Part shown: one piece after another, positions 50,540 to 61,654 of the stretch
How positions within the stretch are numbered: the first letter of the stretch is position 1
Layout: each line of letters starts with the position of its first letter
Source of the DNA: Macrostomum lignano
Taxonomy: Eukaryota
Direction: 5' to 3'
Length of the DNA stretch: 64,000 nucleotides
Assembly (NCBI GenBank): GCA_002269645.1
Contig: NIVC01000989.1
Location: 186,001-250,000 of the forward strand
Translations under genes and position numbers: made by a program
Notes under the pieces: generated by a model
What the model saw: the letters and a program-made list of their open reading frames with translations, nothing else
Database searches by the model: none
Told to the model about the DNA's origin: nothing

Positions 50540-50880
50540 AGGGAGCTCATATACTGAATTCTTGAAAATCATAAACAACACCCATTAAATCCTAACATTA
50601 AATTTACTACCAAAATACAAGATGCAATTGTCTACAAATTCTTGTGCATTGCTGAGCAATGCTAGTTTTATATAGTTTAAACTGATAGGCACCTAGATAC
50701 AAGGGTTAAAGAACACTATGCAAGAACAAGCACTGTGTACAACCACCTCATGATAAGCAACCAATGCACTAAAGTTAGACATGCTGAGAAATTTGAAATT
50801 ATCAATTGCAATTACTAGAGTATAAAGTTGTCTATTCTAGATAACTAAAGTATAAATATTAGTACTATCTTATGACTAAG
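50540..50880 (+). mobile_element. decayed Penelope-like element fragment (RT thumb fused to GIY-YIG endonuclease)
   Basis: A single frame from 50591 reads PNIKFTTKIQDAIVYKFLC...C*FYIV*TDRHLDTRVKEH...VYNHL...FEII. HPNIKFT and VYKFxC..YIGxTxRHLxTRxKEH are characteristic Penelope motifs. Confidence 0.6.
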
Positions 50881-52928
50881 TCTATACATTCATAATACCC
50901 AGCCAATTCAGCCTGGTTATGAAAGGTCTAGCTAAGGTAATTTGCAAAAATGCACATCTGAAAAAGACAGTATACTAATTAGATGACGAGATATTTATTC
51001 TTAATAATATAGTCAGTTACTTCTGTTGTTTATCCAAAATGTATTACTAAGTCTATTTTTCAGGTAGGCATTTTTGCAACTTGCCAAATCAGCCAGCTTG
51101 GCTAGGTGTTGCACATGTGTATATTGGCTAAATTATGCAATTTTAATCTAACAATAAGAGAATTAAATGTCATGACTACAAACAATTTTCAAGTAGCCTT
51201 TTTGCTAAAAAAATTAGCATATTTTTGCCCCTCACTGAGAATATTAGAATATACAGATAAATGAAGGTCAAATCCTAATTTAAATGCCTTTAGGTATATA
51301 TATATATTATGTATAATGGAAGTACCAATTGTATATAATATTTAATATATATTATCTGACCCTATTGATGCACATGGCATAAGTGTGCTAGAAGCCTACC
51401 CTAACTGCTCCATGCTTGCAGACAATGCTGCAATGCTCCAAGTGGTCCTCTGTGCTACACTATGCCTTTCTACCATGTTGTACCTCTCAGTCTCTACACT
51501 ATGCCATGTCATACCCAGGCAGGCCAGACTGAAACATGTTGGATGCCATCCACCAAAATGCCTATGCAATATGTATTGCAATCAAGTCATCCAAAAGCTA
51601 AAACTGAATTGCTTTTTTATTTTTCAGGTTTCTTTATATAAAACCAGTGACTACAAATCATAGCTTTAATAATAATTTTGACTAACTGATTGTATGTAAT
51701 TAAATTATAATTAAAACTCAATAACATTCAACTATATCTTTGTGGTTTAGTCTAGTTGAATGCTCATTTAGCTTTGATACAAAGTTGTCTCGCATCATTT
51801 TAACATCAATGTATCCATATACATACTTTTTTGTCTTTCAATATTAATATTGTTGATTTTTGGTCTTTTTATTTTCACTTCTCATTGCTTGTTCATTGAT
51901 TTATGAAATATTTATATACATTGTTATTGAATTAACAGTTTTTTTCATTTAAATACAAAGTGAAGTCTTTTACAGACAACCTATATTTTTTACATGACAG
52001 ATTTTTCAGCATTCTAAACAGTCTTTCATTAGATTTTGTCTTATAATTCTTCATTTGTTTGATGGATACAATTATCAGAATGAAAACTTTGTATATTTAC
52101 CTGCAATATTTCGCCGTACAGAACTGATTTCTTTATTGTCTGTACTGGTAGTAAGTGCAGGAATATTGTTAACTGTGTTGGTTGTTAGTTTACTCACTTC
52201 GATTTGTGAATGTTTTGCTTCAATGCAGGTCCACAGTTCACAAATCTATAGAACGCAGTGACATTTTTATTAAAACAGACTATTCCTTCCTTTTCAAGTT
52301 TTCTCTATAAAAATCATTTGTCTTACTGTTAGTAGGACATTGGAAACTGGTAATAGGTTGTGCTAAATTTAAGATACTTACAAAGTAGCATAACTATTTG
52401 ATAAGAGACCACGAAATTATTATCGATAATAATAGCGAGGCTTGAAAGTTATAATTATTTTTACAACAATAAGAAAATACATTTTACAGTACAGTATACT
52501 GGCTGAAAACAGCACTTACTTTATTGCATTTACACATTTAATTAGTAGCCCTAGCCGATATGTATCGAAATTAACTTTACATGGCTGTATTTTTAACGGA
52601 AATTCGCAAAATTGAAATAGATTATTATTTTTTTTGTCCACTAGATATGATTGCGGAGAGATTAAAACTAGTCCAAATTGTCTTTCATTAGATCAGTTGA
52701 TTCAAAGGCGTAGAAGCAACAACAATTTTTGCGTATAAATTACAAATAATCTTGTTTGCAACTGCAATACGTTTATATAAGCGAACTACAACTATCAGTT
52801 TGCTGGCTTCAACGATAAGCAGAAGTAAAAGAACTACCGGTTTTTTCAACATTCACTACATCCAAAGCAAGTTAGTTCAACTGTGTCTTTGTAAACGTTG
52901 GGTAATTTTTTGAATTACAAAAAAATTA

Positions 52929-53010
52929 CGTCGCAAGCAGGATTCGAACCTGCGCGGGGAAACCCCATTGGATTTCGAGTCCAACGCCTTAACCACTCGG
53001 CCATCGCGAC
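52929..53010 (-). tRNA. trnS-CGA: tRNA-Ser(CGA)
   Basis: 82 nt. Acceptor stem GTCGCGA/TTGCGAC+G, D-arm TGGCCGAGTGGTTAAGG, anticodon arm TTGGA-CTCGAAA-TCCAA, long variable arm, GGTTCGAATCC, followed by a T-run Pol III terminator. Confidence 0.97.
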
Positions 53011-53121
53011 ATACCTGTTTTGGCAGATTTATGTAAATTTAATACCCATATGGCGTTATTGATCTTGCTCACAAGCGATTGACAATACCTAAATGTAGTC
53101 GATGTATGTCAACCCAGGTTG

Positions 53122-56100
53122 TTACTTGCATCGCTTCTCAATAATAAAAGTCTCTTTAACATTTTTAGCAATATTTGCCGTGTTGCACTTCGGACAACAA
53201 GGCGATAGTTCCTCTTCCCAGCGCGTCCAACAATGTCTATGGTACACGTGGCCGCACGAAGTTCTCATTGTTGAGCAGACAACCGCGTTGTAACTACGCG
53301 TGGACTCGTGATCGGGCGGGGCGTGCAATGCGCAGAAGCACATTAGGCAGCTGTGCGTCAGAGGCAGGTCGCACAGGTAGCAGTCGCGGCTCCAGTCTGA
53401 ACGGAACACTCTGCGTAGGCACCTGAGAAAAGTGGAATAGAGCTAATCAGATTGCTGGGCATTACATTGGAGACGGTGGTATTTAACTAAGGGCGCCAAG
53501 GCTTGCTGTAAGTAGCCATATTACCATGGAGGATGTCAGCACTCAGTGACATATCTCTGAGGGATGTAAGCACTCAGTGACATATCTCTGAAGGATGTCA
53601 GCACTCAATGACATCTCTGGAGGATGTCAGCACTCAGTAACAAAACTCTGGATGTCAGCACCCAGTGACATATCTCTGAAGGATGTCAGCACTCAGTGAC
53701 ATATCTCTGAAGGATGTCAGCACTCAGTGACAAAACTGGAGGATGTCAGCACTCAAGTGACATATCTCTAAAGGATGTCAGCACTCAACTCTGGAGGATG
53801 TCAGCACTCATTGACATATCTCTGAAGGATGTCAGCACTCAGTGACATATCTCTGAGGGATGTAAGCACTCAGTGACACCACTCTAAAGATGTCAACAAC
53901 ACACAGTGGCACATGCCACTACACTATGAATTATTTTAGTGTTCAATGTCACACAACTCTGAATTAAGATGTCTGTCAGCTTCCACAGTAAGACACAACC
54001 GGCTATGAAGGATGTTAACACATGCACTCAGTGACACAACTCACCATCGACAGAGGGCGCTCAGCATGCCGCTGTGCTGCATATCGTGATAATTAGCCAG
54101 ATCTCGACAGTCCAATGCCAGGTGGCTGATGTCCGACCCGGCAGAACTGCCAACCACTGGTTTCCTTGGCGTCATCGTCCCTATGGAAGACTTGGACGTG
54201 TGACGCGAGTAGGGCTGCGGTTGATTGTATAGAAGCAGCTGGTGACTGTGCGGTTGCAGGCGATCCGAAATGCTATCAACCATCGATCCGGTTGGATAGT
54301 ACTGCAGCTGTCCGTCCAAGAAGGTGCTTGGCAAATTCAAGATCAGGATCGGTTTGTCCGCCGAGCACAGACTGCGACTGCCGCTCGGCGCTGCAGGGTC
54401 TTCCCATGAGCGGCTCTGCTTCTGACTCTCTGTAAAATGTGCATTTTCAGTACGAAACAGATACAATAATTACCACTGGGGGGCTGGGACATCTCCCCCC
54501 ACCAGTAAAAGCTATGGGGGGACATGCCAATGCTTCGTCCCTATCCACCCCACCTTGAGACCCGTTGTGGTAAAAATAATTTTACTTTAGGGCGACAAAA
54601 TATAGCGCCTTCGGCGCCAAAATGAGTGTCTGCGGCGTCAAAATGAGTGCCTGCAGCGCCAATTTAAATGAGTGCCTGCGGCGCCAAAATGAGTACTTGC
54701 GGCGCCAAAATGAGTACCTTCGGCGTCAAAATGAGTGCCTGTGGCGCCAAAATGAGTGCCTGCGGCGCCAAAATGAATTCCGGTGGCGCTAAAAAGACTG
54801 CCTGCGGCGCCAATTTAAATCAGTGCCTGCGGCGCCAAAATGAGCGCTGACAACACGATTCTCAAAGTGATGGAAATGTAGGAATTTAGTCATGTACATC
54901 TTGAATTGTTAGCTTTGTCTCCCCATCATAAAATCCATGGCGACGCCCCTCCTGCCTTGGGGGGGGGGGGCTTGGATCTCACGGGTGTGAAACGCACGAC
55001 AAACCTCAGGACTCAGAAGAAAAAAATGAACTCTGCAGGGCAGCCAAGAAAGCCTCACACTAACCGGACAGGTCCAGAGCTTCCCAGGCACCTTCATCAG
55101 AGGCAGTCTTTTGTTCGCTGCCAGATTCTGCAGCAGTGGTTACGGCGGCGGTGGCACCCTCGGATCCGACGCGCACCAGCAGAACGCTATCCGAGCCTTC
55201 GTTATCTGCAGAGTGCCGCAACGACTGCGCGTCGTCTCTGTTTTCGTCAGGTTCAAGTGTCTTGATGGTCGAAGTGGTGTCACCCGTGAGATGAGATACA
55301 CTCGGGGTGTCCCATTCTTTGTACTGGCTGCCGTCGTCAATGTTGCTGCAGTTGGCCTGACCGCTGGCGACGTTGGAGTTCCAACAGTTGGCCAGCGAAG
55401 ATTTCTTTGCCAAGGCTGCAAATCGCTGTCTTAGAAATCTTTCGGCTGATTGTTTCGATGAAGACGTAGGCGTTGATTCGCACCGTCTGCAAGATGTCTC
55501 GCATGTCAGGCGGTACTGCTTTGAATAGGAAGATTTAGCTAGTTTGGCAGTTACGTTCGTTGAATCTGAAGCTTGTACGTTCGTTGAATCCGAAGCTTGT
55601 GCGTTCGTTGAATCCGAAGCTTGTACGTTGGTTGAATCCGAAGCTTGTGCGTTCGTTGAATCCGAAGCTTGTACGTTCGTTGAATCCGAAGCTTGTGCGT
55701 TCGTTGAATCCGAAGCTTGTGCGTTCGTTGAATCCGAAGCTTGTACGTTGGTTGAATCCGAAGCTTGTGCGTTCGTTGAATCCGAAGCTTGTACGTTCGT
55801 TGAATCCGAAGCTTGTGCGTTCGTTGAATCCGAAGCTTGTACGTTCGTTGAATCCGAAGCTTGTGCGTTCGTTGAATCCGAAGCTTGTACGTTGGTTGAA
55901 TCCGAAGCTTGTGCGTTCGTTGAATCCGAAGCTTGTACGTTCGTTGAATCCGAAGCTTGTACGTTCGTTGAATCCGAAGCTTGTACGTTCGTTGAATCCG
56001 AAGCTTGTACGTTCGTTGAATCCGAAGCTTGTACGTTCGTTGAATCCGAAGCTTGTACGTTCGTTGAATCCGAAGCTTGTACGTTCGTTGAATCCGAAGC

Positions 56101-56712
56101 TTGTACGTTCGTTGAATTCAAGGCGTGTACTATTGCTAAATCCGAAGCTTGTACTTTAGTCAAACCCGAAACATGTACTTTTGTCGAATCCAGTGCATGC
56201 ACTTTTGTTGAATCCAGCCGTTGTAATTCTGTCGAATCCGGTACTTGATTTGACCTCTCTACTTCTTGGCATTTGACGGCTGAGCCATCTCGTTGTATCG
56301 TTGAAGCAGCCGATGCTTGCTCAACCTCTGATGTGTCAGAATCTTCCGCATTCGCCTCGTCAGCTTCTGCAGCTTCTAGAACTCCTTGAAGCCACGGGCT
56401 CGGCGATTTCAACCAGCTTCCAGTGTAGGATTCGCTAAAAATAGTTAATTTTAAAGTTCGCTACCGTTAAGTTGTAACAAGACTAATTGGCCTTATAAAA
56501 ATCTACAATATAAAATTGTTACCAATTTTCAATCGAATCTTCCCAACGTGAGGCTGAAGAAACATCTGATCCGGCTATCTGAGCGATTTCGGCACCGATG
56601 TGAATGAAACAATTTGAACTGGCAGTTTTGTTAATCAGTTGATCGAGAAGTTGAGCTCTGCTAGAATCCATATTGGCGTCGTTATGCAGCTGCATGTAGG
56701 CAAGAAAATTCA
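53122..56712 (-). CDS. low-complexity/repeat protein with C-terminal RBX1/APC11-type RING-H2 (5' end unresolved, >=748 aa)
   Basis: Exons 56712-56523, 56434-55065, 54429-54045, 53422-53122, GT-AG, phases 2,1,2 all consistent. The last exon encodes CYLC-x7-CLMC...C-x6-CGHVYHRHCWTRW...CPKC. Confidence 0.7.
53530..53880. repeat. 31-bp repeat (GGATGTCAGCACTCAGTGACATATCTCTGAA)n
   Basis: About 11 units in the last intron of the RING gene. Confidence 0.92.
54472..54951 (+). mobile_element. copy of the hAT-like element (left end truncated or degenerate)
   Basis: Shares GCTATGGGGGGACATGCCAATGCTT, TATAGCGCCTTCGGCGCCAAAATGAGTG repeats and the right end ATAAAATCCATGGCGACGCCCC with 31371-32264. It lies in an intron of the RING gene. 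Confidence 0.85.
55555..56120 (-). repeat. coding 24-bp tandem repeat, (QASDSTN[V/A]) x ~23
   Basis: Lies in frame within exon 56434-55065 and is preceded by degenerate octapeptides. Confidence 0.9.
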
Positions 56713-56949
56713 CTGATCATAGCGCTCACGCCTGCACATCTGAATTTACCGGACTTAGCATTGGCCATAGACTAAATTTGAACACTGCATAGATTGAGGC
56801 GACCAGGCGCAGCAAGGAGGCAAGCCAGTCATTTCCAACTATTTCCGACCCCCCCCCCCCACCGATCCAACACCACATGCTCACACAGAGTGCACAACGG
56901 TACTGACTATCTCACCGCAGGTCATGTACACAGGTTGGCCACAGGCCAG

Positions 56950-57140
56950 GATAGAGATGGAGAGAGAGAGATAGGGAGGAAACTATGAAAAGAGTGAGAT
57001 AGACAGGGTGAGAGGTAGAGAGAGATGGAGAGTGAGAGATGGAGAGGGAGAGACGGAGAAAGAGAGACGGAGAGTGAGAGACGGAGGGTGAGAGACGGAG
57101 AGGGAGAGACGGAGAGGGAGAGACGGAAACCGAGACGGAG
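56950..57140. repeat. GA-rich low-complexity repeat
   Basis: GAGAGACGGAGAG-type units. Confidence 0.8.
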
Positions 57141-57579
57141 AGATGCAAAGGTAGAGTCAGAGACCAAGAAGCTGTGCACGGGGGCAGCACAGAGTAGTAA
57201 GAGAAAACAAAAAATCCTGCTGATGTTTCTAAGAAATGATGCTGAAGAGTTTGAAGTGGCCTCCCATGCGCGGATCGCAATCAGGGAGAACTCGCGCAGA
57301 ATTCCGGCCTAATGCCTCCTCTAATTGGCAATTAGTTCGAGCGACAACTCGGCCCCTAGCATGCTCAAGCAGTTTTTTCCATACAGCCTGGAAAGGAATC
57401 TGAAAAGAGCTCGACTTTGCCCCCCCCCCCTGGAAACCGAATGCAGCTGACCTGAATTGTGCGGCTGACCGTCACTCCGTCTGCTTAGAAAATCTCTGGA
57501 TTAAATGGGTCAGTCAGGCGACGGCTTCTGGTAGATGGGGCAGAAATTTGTTCAGGAATTTGCATATTCGGTCCGTATT

Positions 57580-58095
57580 GGATTGCTAATCTATGCAATG
57601 GATTGCTAATCTATGCAATGGATTGCTAATCTATGCAATGGATTGCTAATCTATGCAATGGATTGCTAATCTATGTAATGGATTGCTAATCTATGTAATG
57701 GATTGCTAATCTATGCAATGGATTGCTAATCTATGCAATGGATTGCTAATCTATGCAATGGATTGCTAATCTATGCAATGGATTGCTAATCTATGCAATG
57801 GATTGCTAATCTATGCAATGGATTGCTAATCTATGTAATGGATTGCTAATCTATGTAATGGATTGCTAATCTATGTAATGGATTGCTAATCTATAGAACG
57901 GATTGCTAATCTATAGAATGGATTGCTAATCTATAGAATGGATTGCTAATCCATGTAATGGATTGCTAATCTATAGAACGGATTGCTAATCTATAGAATG
58001 GATTGCTAATCTATAGAATGGATTGCTAATCTATAGAATGGATTGCTAATCTATAGAATGGATTGCTAATCTATACAATGGATTGCTAATCTGTA
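57580..58095. repeat. 20-bp minisatellite (GGATTGCTAATCTATGCAAT)n
   Basis: About 25 units with polarised variants (GCAAT, GTAAT, AGAAT). Confidence 0.97.
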
Positions 58096-58659
58096 GGAAC
58101 CTTTTACAAAAGCAAGCATTTTTGAAGCAAGAAGTTGCGACCTTCTTAGCATCATGTGTGAAATTTCTCCAGCTTAATCTTAGTGCAAGGTGCAAGCTCC
58201 TAATCCACCAAAAGGTTTGTATATTTGTGATTAGCAGTTACCCGCCTGTTCAGCGGACCATGGATGGGTTAGCAGCGAAGTTATGAAAACTGCCAGCAAA
58301 ATAGTCAATGTTGGAAGCAAAGAAATTCCGCGCGATTGAAGTGAAGAAATGGCTTACATTTTTTGTGTTTATACCATAGGCGGTTGGCTGTATACGGTTT
58401 GGGAGGAAATAAACACACACACACACTTGCCCCCAATTTTGTTATACCCTCTGTATCTGGAGGGATCTTCGTAACAAGGAGTAAATATCTCGATGAGAGA
58501 TGTAAGTGCGTGTCTAGGTGTGCTTTTTGGGGGTTGGCGCACTGTGACTGACTGATTTGGATTTTACGAGTTAAACAATATCAGCTGATTGGGGGGTGAC
58601 GAGTAGAGTGAGTGACAGAATTGGGGGAGACAGCGATTGATTTATGAGGCAGGGAATAG

Positions 58660-59150
58660 CGGGAGACCAGAGAGAGTGAAGGGAGAGAGTGATGGGGGAG
58701 AGTGATGGGAGAGAGTGAAGGAGAGAGTGAAGGGAGAGAGTGATGGGAGAGAGTGAAGGGAGAGAGTGATGGGAGAGAGTGAAGGGAGAGAGTGAAGGGA
58801 GAGAGTGAAGGGAGAGAGTGAAGGGAGAGAGTGAAGGGAGAGAGTGATGGGAGAGAGTGATGGGTGAGAGTGAAGGGAGAGAGTGAAGGGAGAGAGTGAT
58901 GGGAGAGAGTGACGGGAGAGAGTGAAGGGAGAGAGTGATGGGAGAGAGTGATGGGAGAGAGTGATGGGAGAGAGTGACGGGAGAGAGTGATGGGAGAGAG
59001 TGACGGGAGAGAGTGATGGGAGAGAGCGAAGGGAGAGGGAGAGAGTGACGGGAGAGAGTAAGAGGTGAGAATGAAGTGTGAGAATGGAGGGTGAGAATGA
59101 AGGGAGAGAGTCATGGGAGAGGGTGAAGGGAGAGGGTGAGAGTGACGGGA
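58660..59150. repeat. 13-bp repeat (GAGAGAGTGAWGG)n
   Basis: Visible tandem units. Confidence 0.92.
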
Positions 59151-59169
59151 GAGAGACCAGAAATTAACC

Positions 59170-60090
59170 AGAGCTGACCTAAGAGTGATCACAGAGTGAC
59201 CAGTGAGAGTAACCAGAGTGACCAGAGAGTAACCAGAGAGTGGCCAGAGAGTGACCAGAGAGTGACCGGAGGTGACCAGAAAGTGACAAGAGAGTAACCA
59301 GAGAGTGACCAGAGAGTAACCAGAGAGTGACCAGAGAGTGACCAGAGAGTGACCAGAGAGTGACCAGAGAGTGACCAGAGAGTAACCAGAGAGTAACCAG
59401 AGAGTAACCAGAGAGTGACCAGAGAGTAACCAGAGAGTGACCAGAGAGTGACCAGAGAGTAACCAGAGAGTGACTAGAGAGTAACCAGAGAGTGACCAGA
59501 GAGTAACCAGAGAGTGACCAGAGAGAGACCAGAGAGTGACCAGAGAGTGACCAGAGAGTGACCAGAGAGTGACCAGAGAGAGTGACCAGAGAGTGACCAG
59601 AGAGAGACCAGAGAGTAACCAGAGAGTGACCAGAGAGAGTGACCAGAGAGTGACCAGAGAGAGACCAGAGAGTAACCAGAGAGTGACCAGAGAGAGTGAC
59701 CAGAGAGTGACCAGAGAGTGGCCAGAGAGTGACCAGAGAGAGACCAGAGAGTAACCAGAGAGTGACCAGAGAGAGTGACCAGAGAGTGACCAGAGAGAGA
59801 CCAGAGAGTAACCAGAGAGTGACCAGAGAGAGTGACCAGAGAGTGACCAGAGAGTGGCCAGAGAGTGACCAGAGAGAGACCAGAGAGTAACCAGAGAGTG
59901 ACCAGAGAGAGTGACCAGAGAGTGACCAGAGAGTGACCAGAGAGAGACCAGAGAGTAACCAGAGAGTGACCAGAGAGAGTGACCAGAGAGTGACCAGAGA
60001 GTGACCAGAGAGTGACCAGAGAGTGACCAGAGAGTGACCAGAAAGTGACCAGAGAGTGACCAGAGAGAGTGACCTGGGACAGTGACCAGA
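59170..60090. repeat. 11-bp minisatellite (GTGACCAGAGA)n
   Basis: About 80 units with higher-order variants. Confidence 0.95.
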
Positions 60091-60427
60091 GAAGCGAGGC
60101 AAGTCAGAATTTGAGCTCATTCCTCACGATAAAGAGTACAGCTAATGGAAGTTATGAATCACCTTCAGCAGCAAGTGATGCCGGAGCTCAATATCTGAAT
60201 TCCCATTGGGGGATTACAGCTATCGCTACACTGAGAACCCATTAATCCATCTCTTTTTTCTTGCCCTTTTTTTGCGCCAACCTTGCCAAGTGGCTTATAG
60301 CGATAAAAATAAACCATAGCTATAACGCGATTTTCTTGCGTATTTTTATTTAGCTAAACTTCTCAAATCTGCCTTAATAATTGTAAGCGAAGGTCACAGT
60401 TCCCTGTCGCTGAACGAAACACATTTT

Positions 60428-60812
60428 AGTGCCGATTTTAGCGTCACACACTAGATTTTAGCGCCGATTTTAACGTCACAAACTAGATTTTAGCGCCGAT
60501 TTTAGCGTCACAAACTAGATTTTAGCGCCGATTTTAGCGTCACAAACTAGATTTTAGCGCCTATTTAGCGTCACACACTAGATTTTAGCGCCTATTTAGC
60601 GTCACAAACTAGATTTTAGCGCCAATTTAGCGCCACAGAAAGATTTTAGCGCTAATTTACCTGCACAGAATAGATTTTAGCGCCACAGAAAGATTTTAGC
60701 GCCAATTTAGCGTCACACACCACATTTTAGCGCCAAGTTAGCGTCACACACAAAATTTAACGCCAAAAGAGTATATTTTAGCGCCAATTTAGCGCCAAAG
60801 GCTAGATTTTGG
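60428..60812. repeat. 32-bp repeat (TAGATTTTAGCGCCGATTTTAGCGTCACAAAC)n
   Basis: Homogeneous at the left, degenerating to the right. Confidence 0.9.
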
Positions 60813-61404
60813 CGCTACATTAATAAGCACTTTTTATTCTTTCCTAGGGGGGTCTTTGCAGACCACCTTGACCTCCCCTAGATGGCCCCTTTATTGCGGA
60901 GCGGCAATGCCCTTATCTCTCGAATCGTGAGATGAGGTTCTACCATAGACAATAGTCGGCCGAGAAAACCCGCATACCGCAACTTCACTCTGCAGATGGG
61001 AACAGCAAAATACTGAACCTAAGGCTTCCTATCTGGTCAGTGCAATTCGCGAAAATTTAGCCAGCTTTGGTTGTCAATGCAAGCCCTAAACTCTGCGATA
61101 ATTACACAGCACTGCTTTCCTTCCCAAGTTTGCATTTAGCCAAAACTTTAGCCAGAAGCCTCCCTCCCTAATCATCCAACCCCGAGATACCGACACAGCA
61201 TGAACCCTCACTGTCAGATCCTTAGAAACAGATAAAAGAGCGGCCCAAAGAATCCTTTGTCGAAGAGAGAAAAAAAGGCAGCAAGCAGAAAATCCTAACA
61301 AGGAAACAAAAAACTCGCGATGACATATGGGGACTTATTTCTTTATACCCAGCGAATGGTTGCGTTTTCATCGGCACTTTTCTAAGAAAAGAATCGAGAA
61401 TGGA

Positions 61405-61443
<39 letters not shown>

Positions 61444-61654
61444 TTTGCTGCATTTTTTGCTGCTGTTGTTGTTACTTTTCTGGCAATGTCAGGATTTGAA
61501 AAGAACTGGTCTGAAACCCCCAAGAAGTGGCTTTCAAGGGGATTTTGACGTGGGCGGCGTAGGTCATGCAGGCAGAGGTTTCTGCAGGAACCAATTTTAA
61601 GCAATTGTAACTTTCAGAGAGAAAGTTGAAGCTCAGAATACGGAAAATCACACA

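Noticed and set aside
56794-57312. Short ORFs on both strands near the RING gene 5' end
   Set aside because: Strand and phase could not be resolved, and a hydrophobic stretch at 56750-56830 gave an incompatible splice phase.
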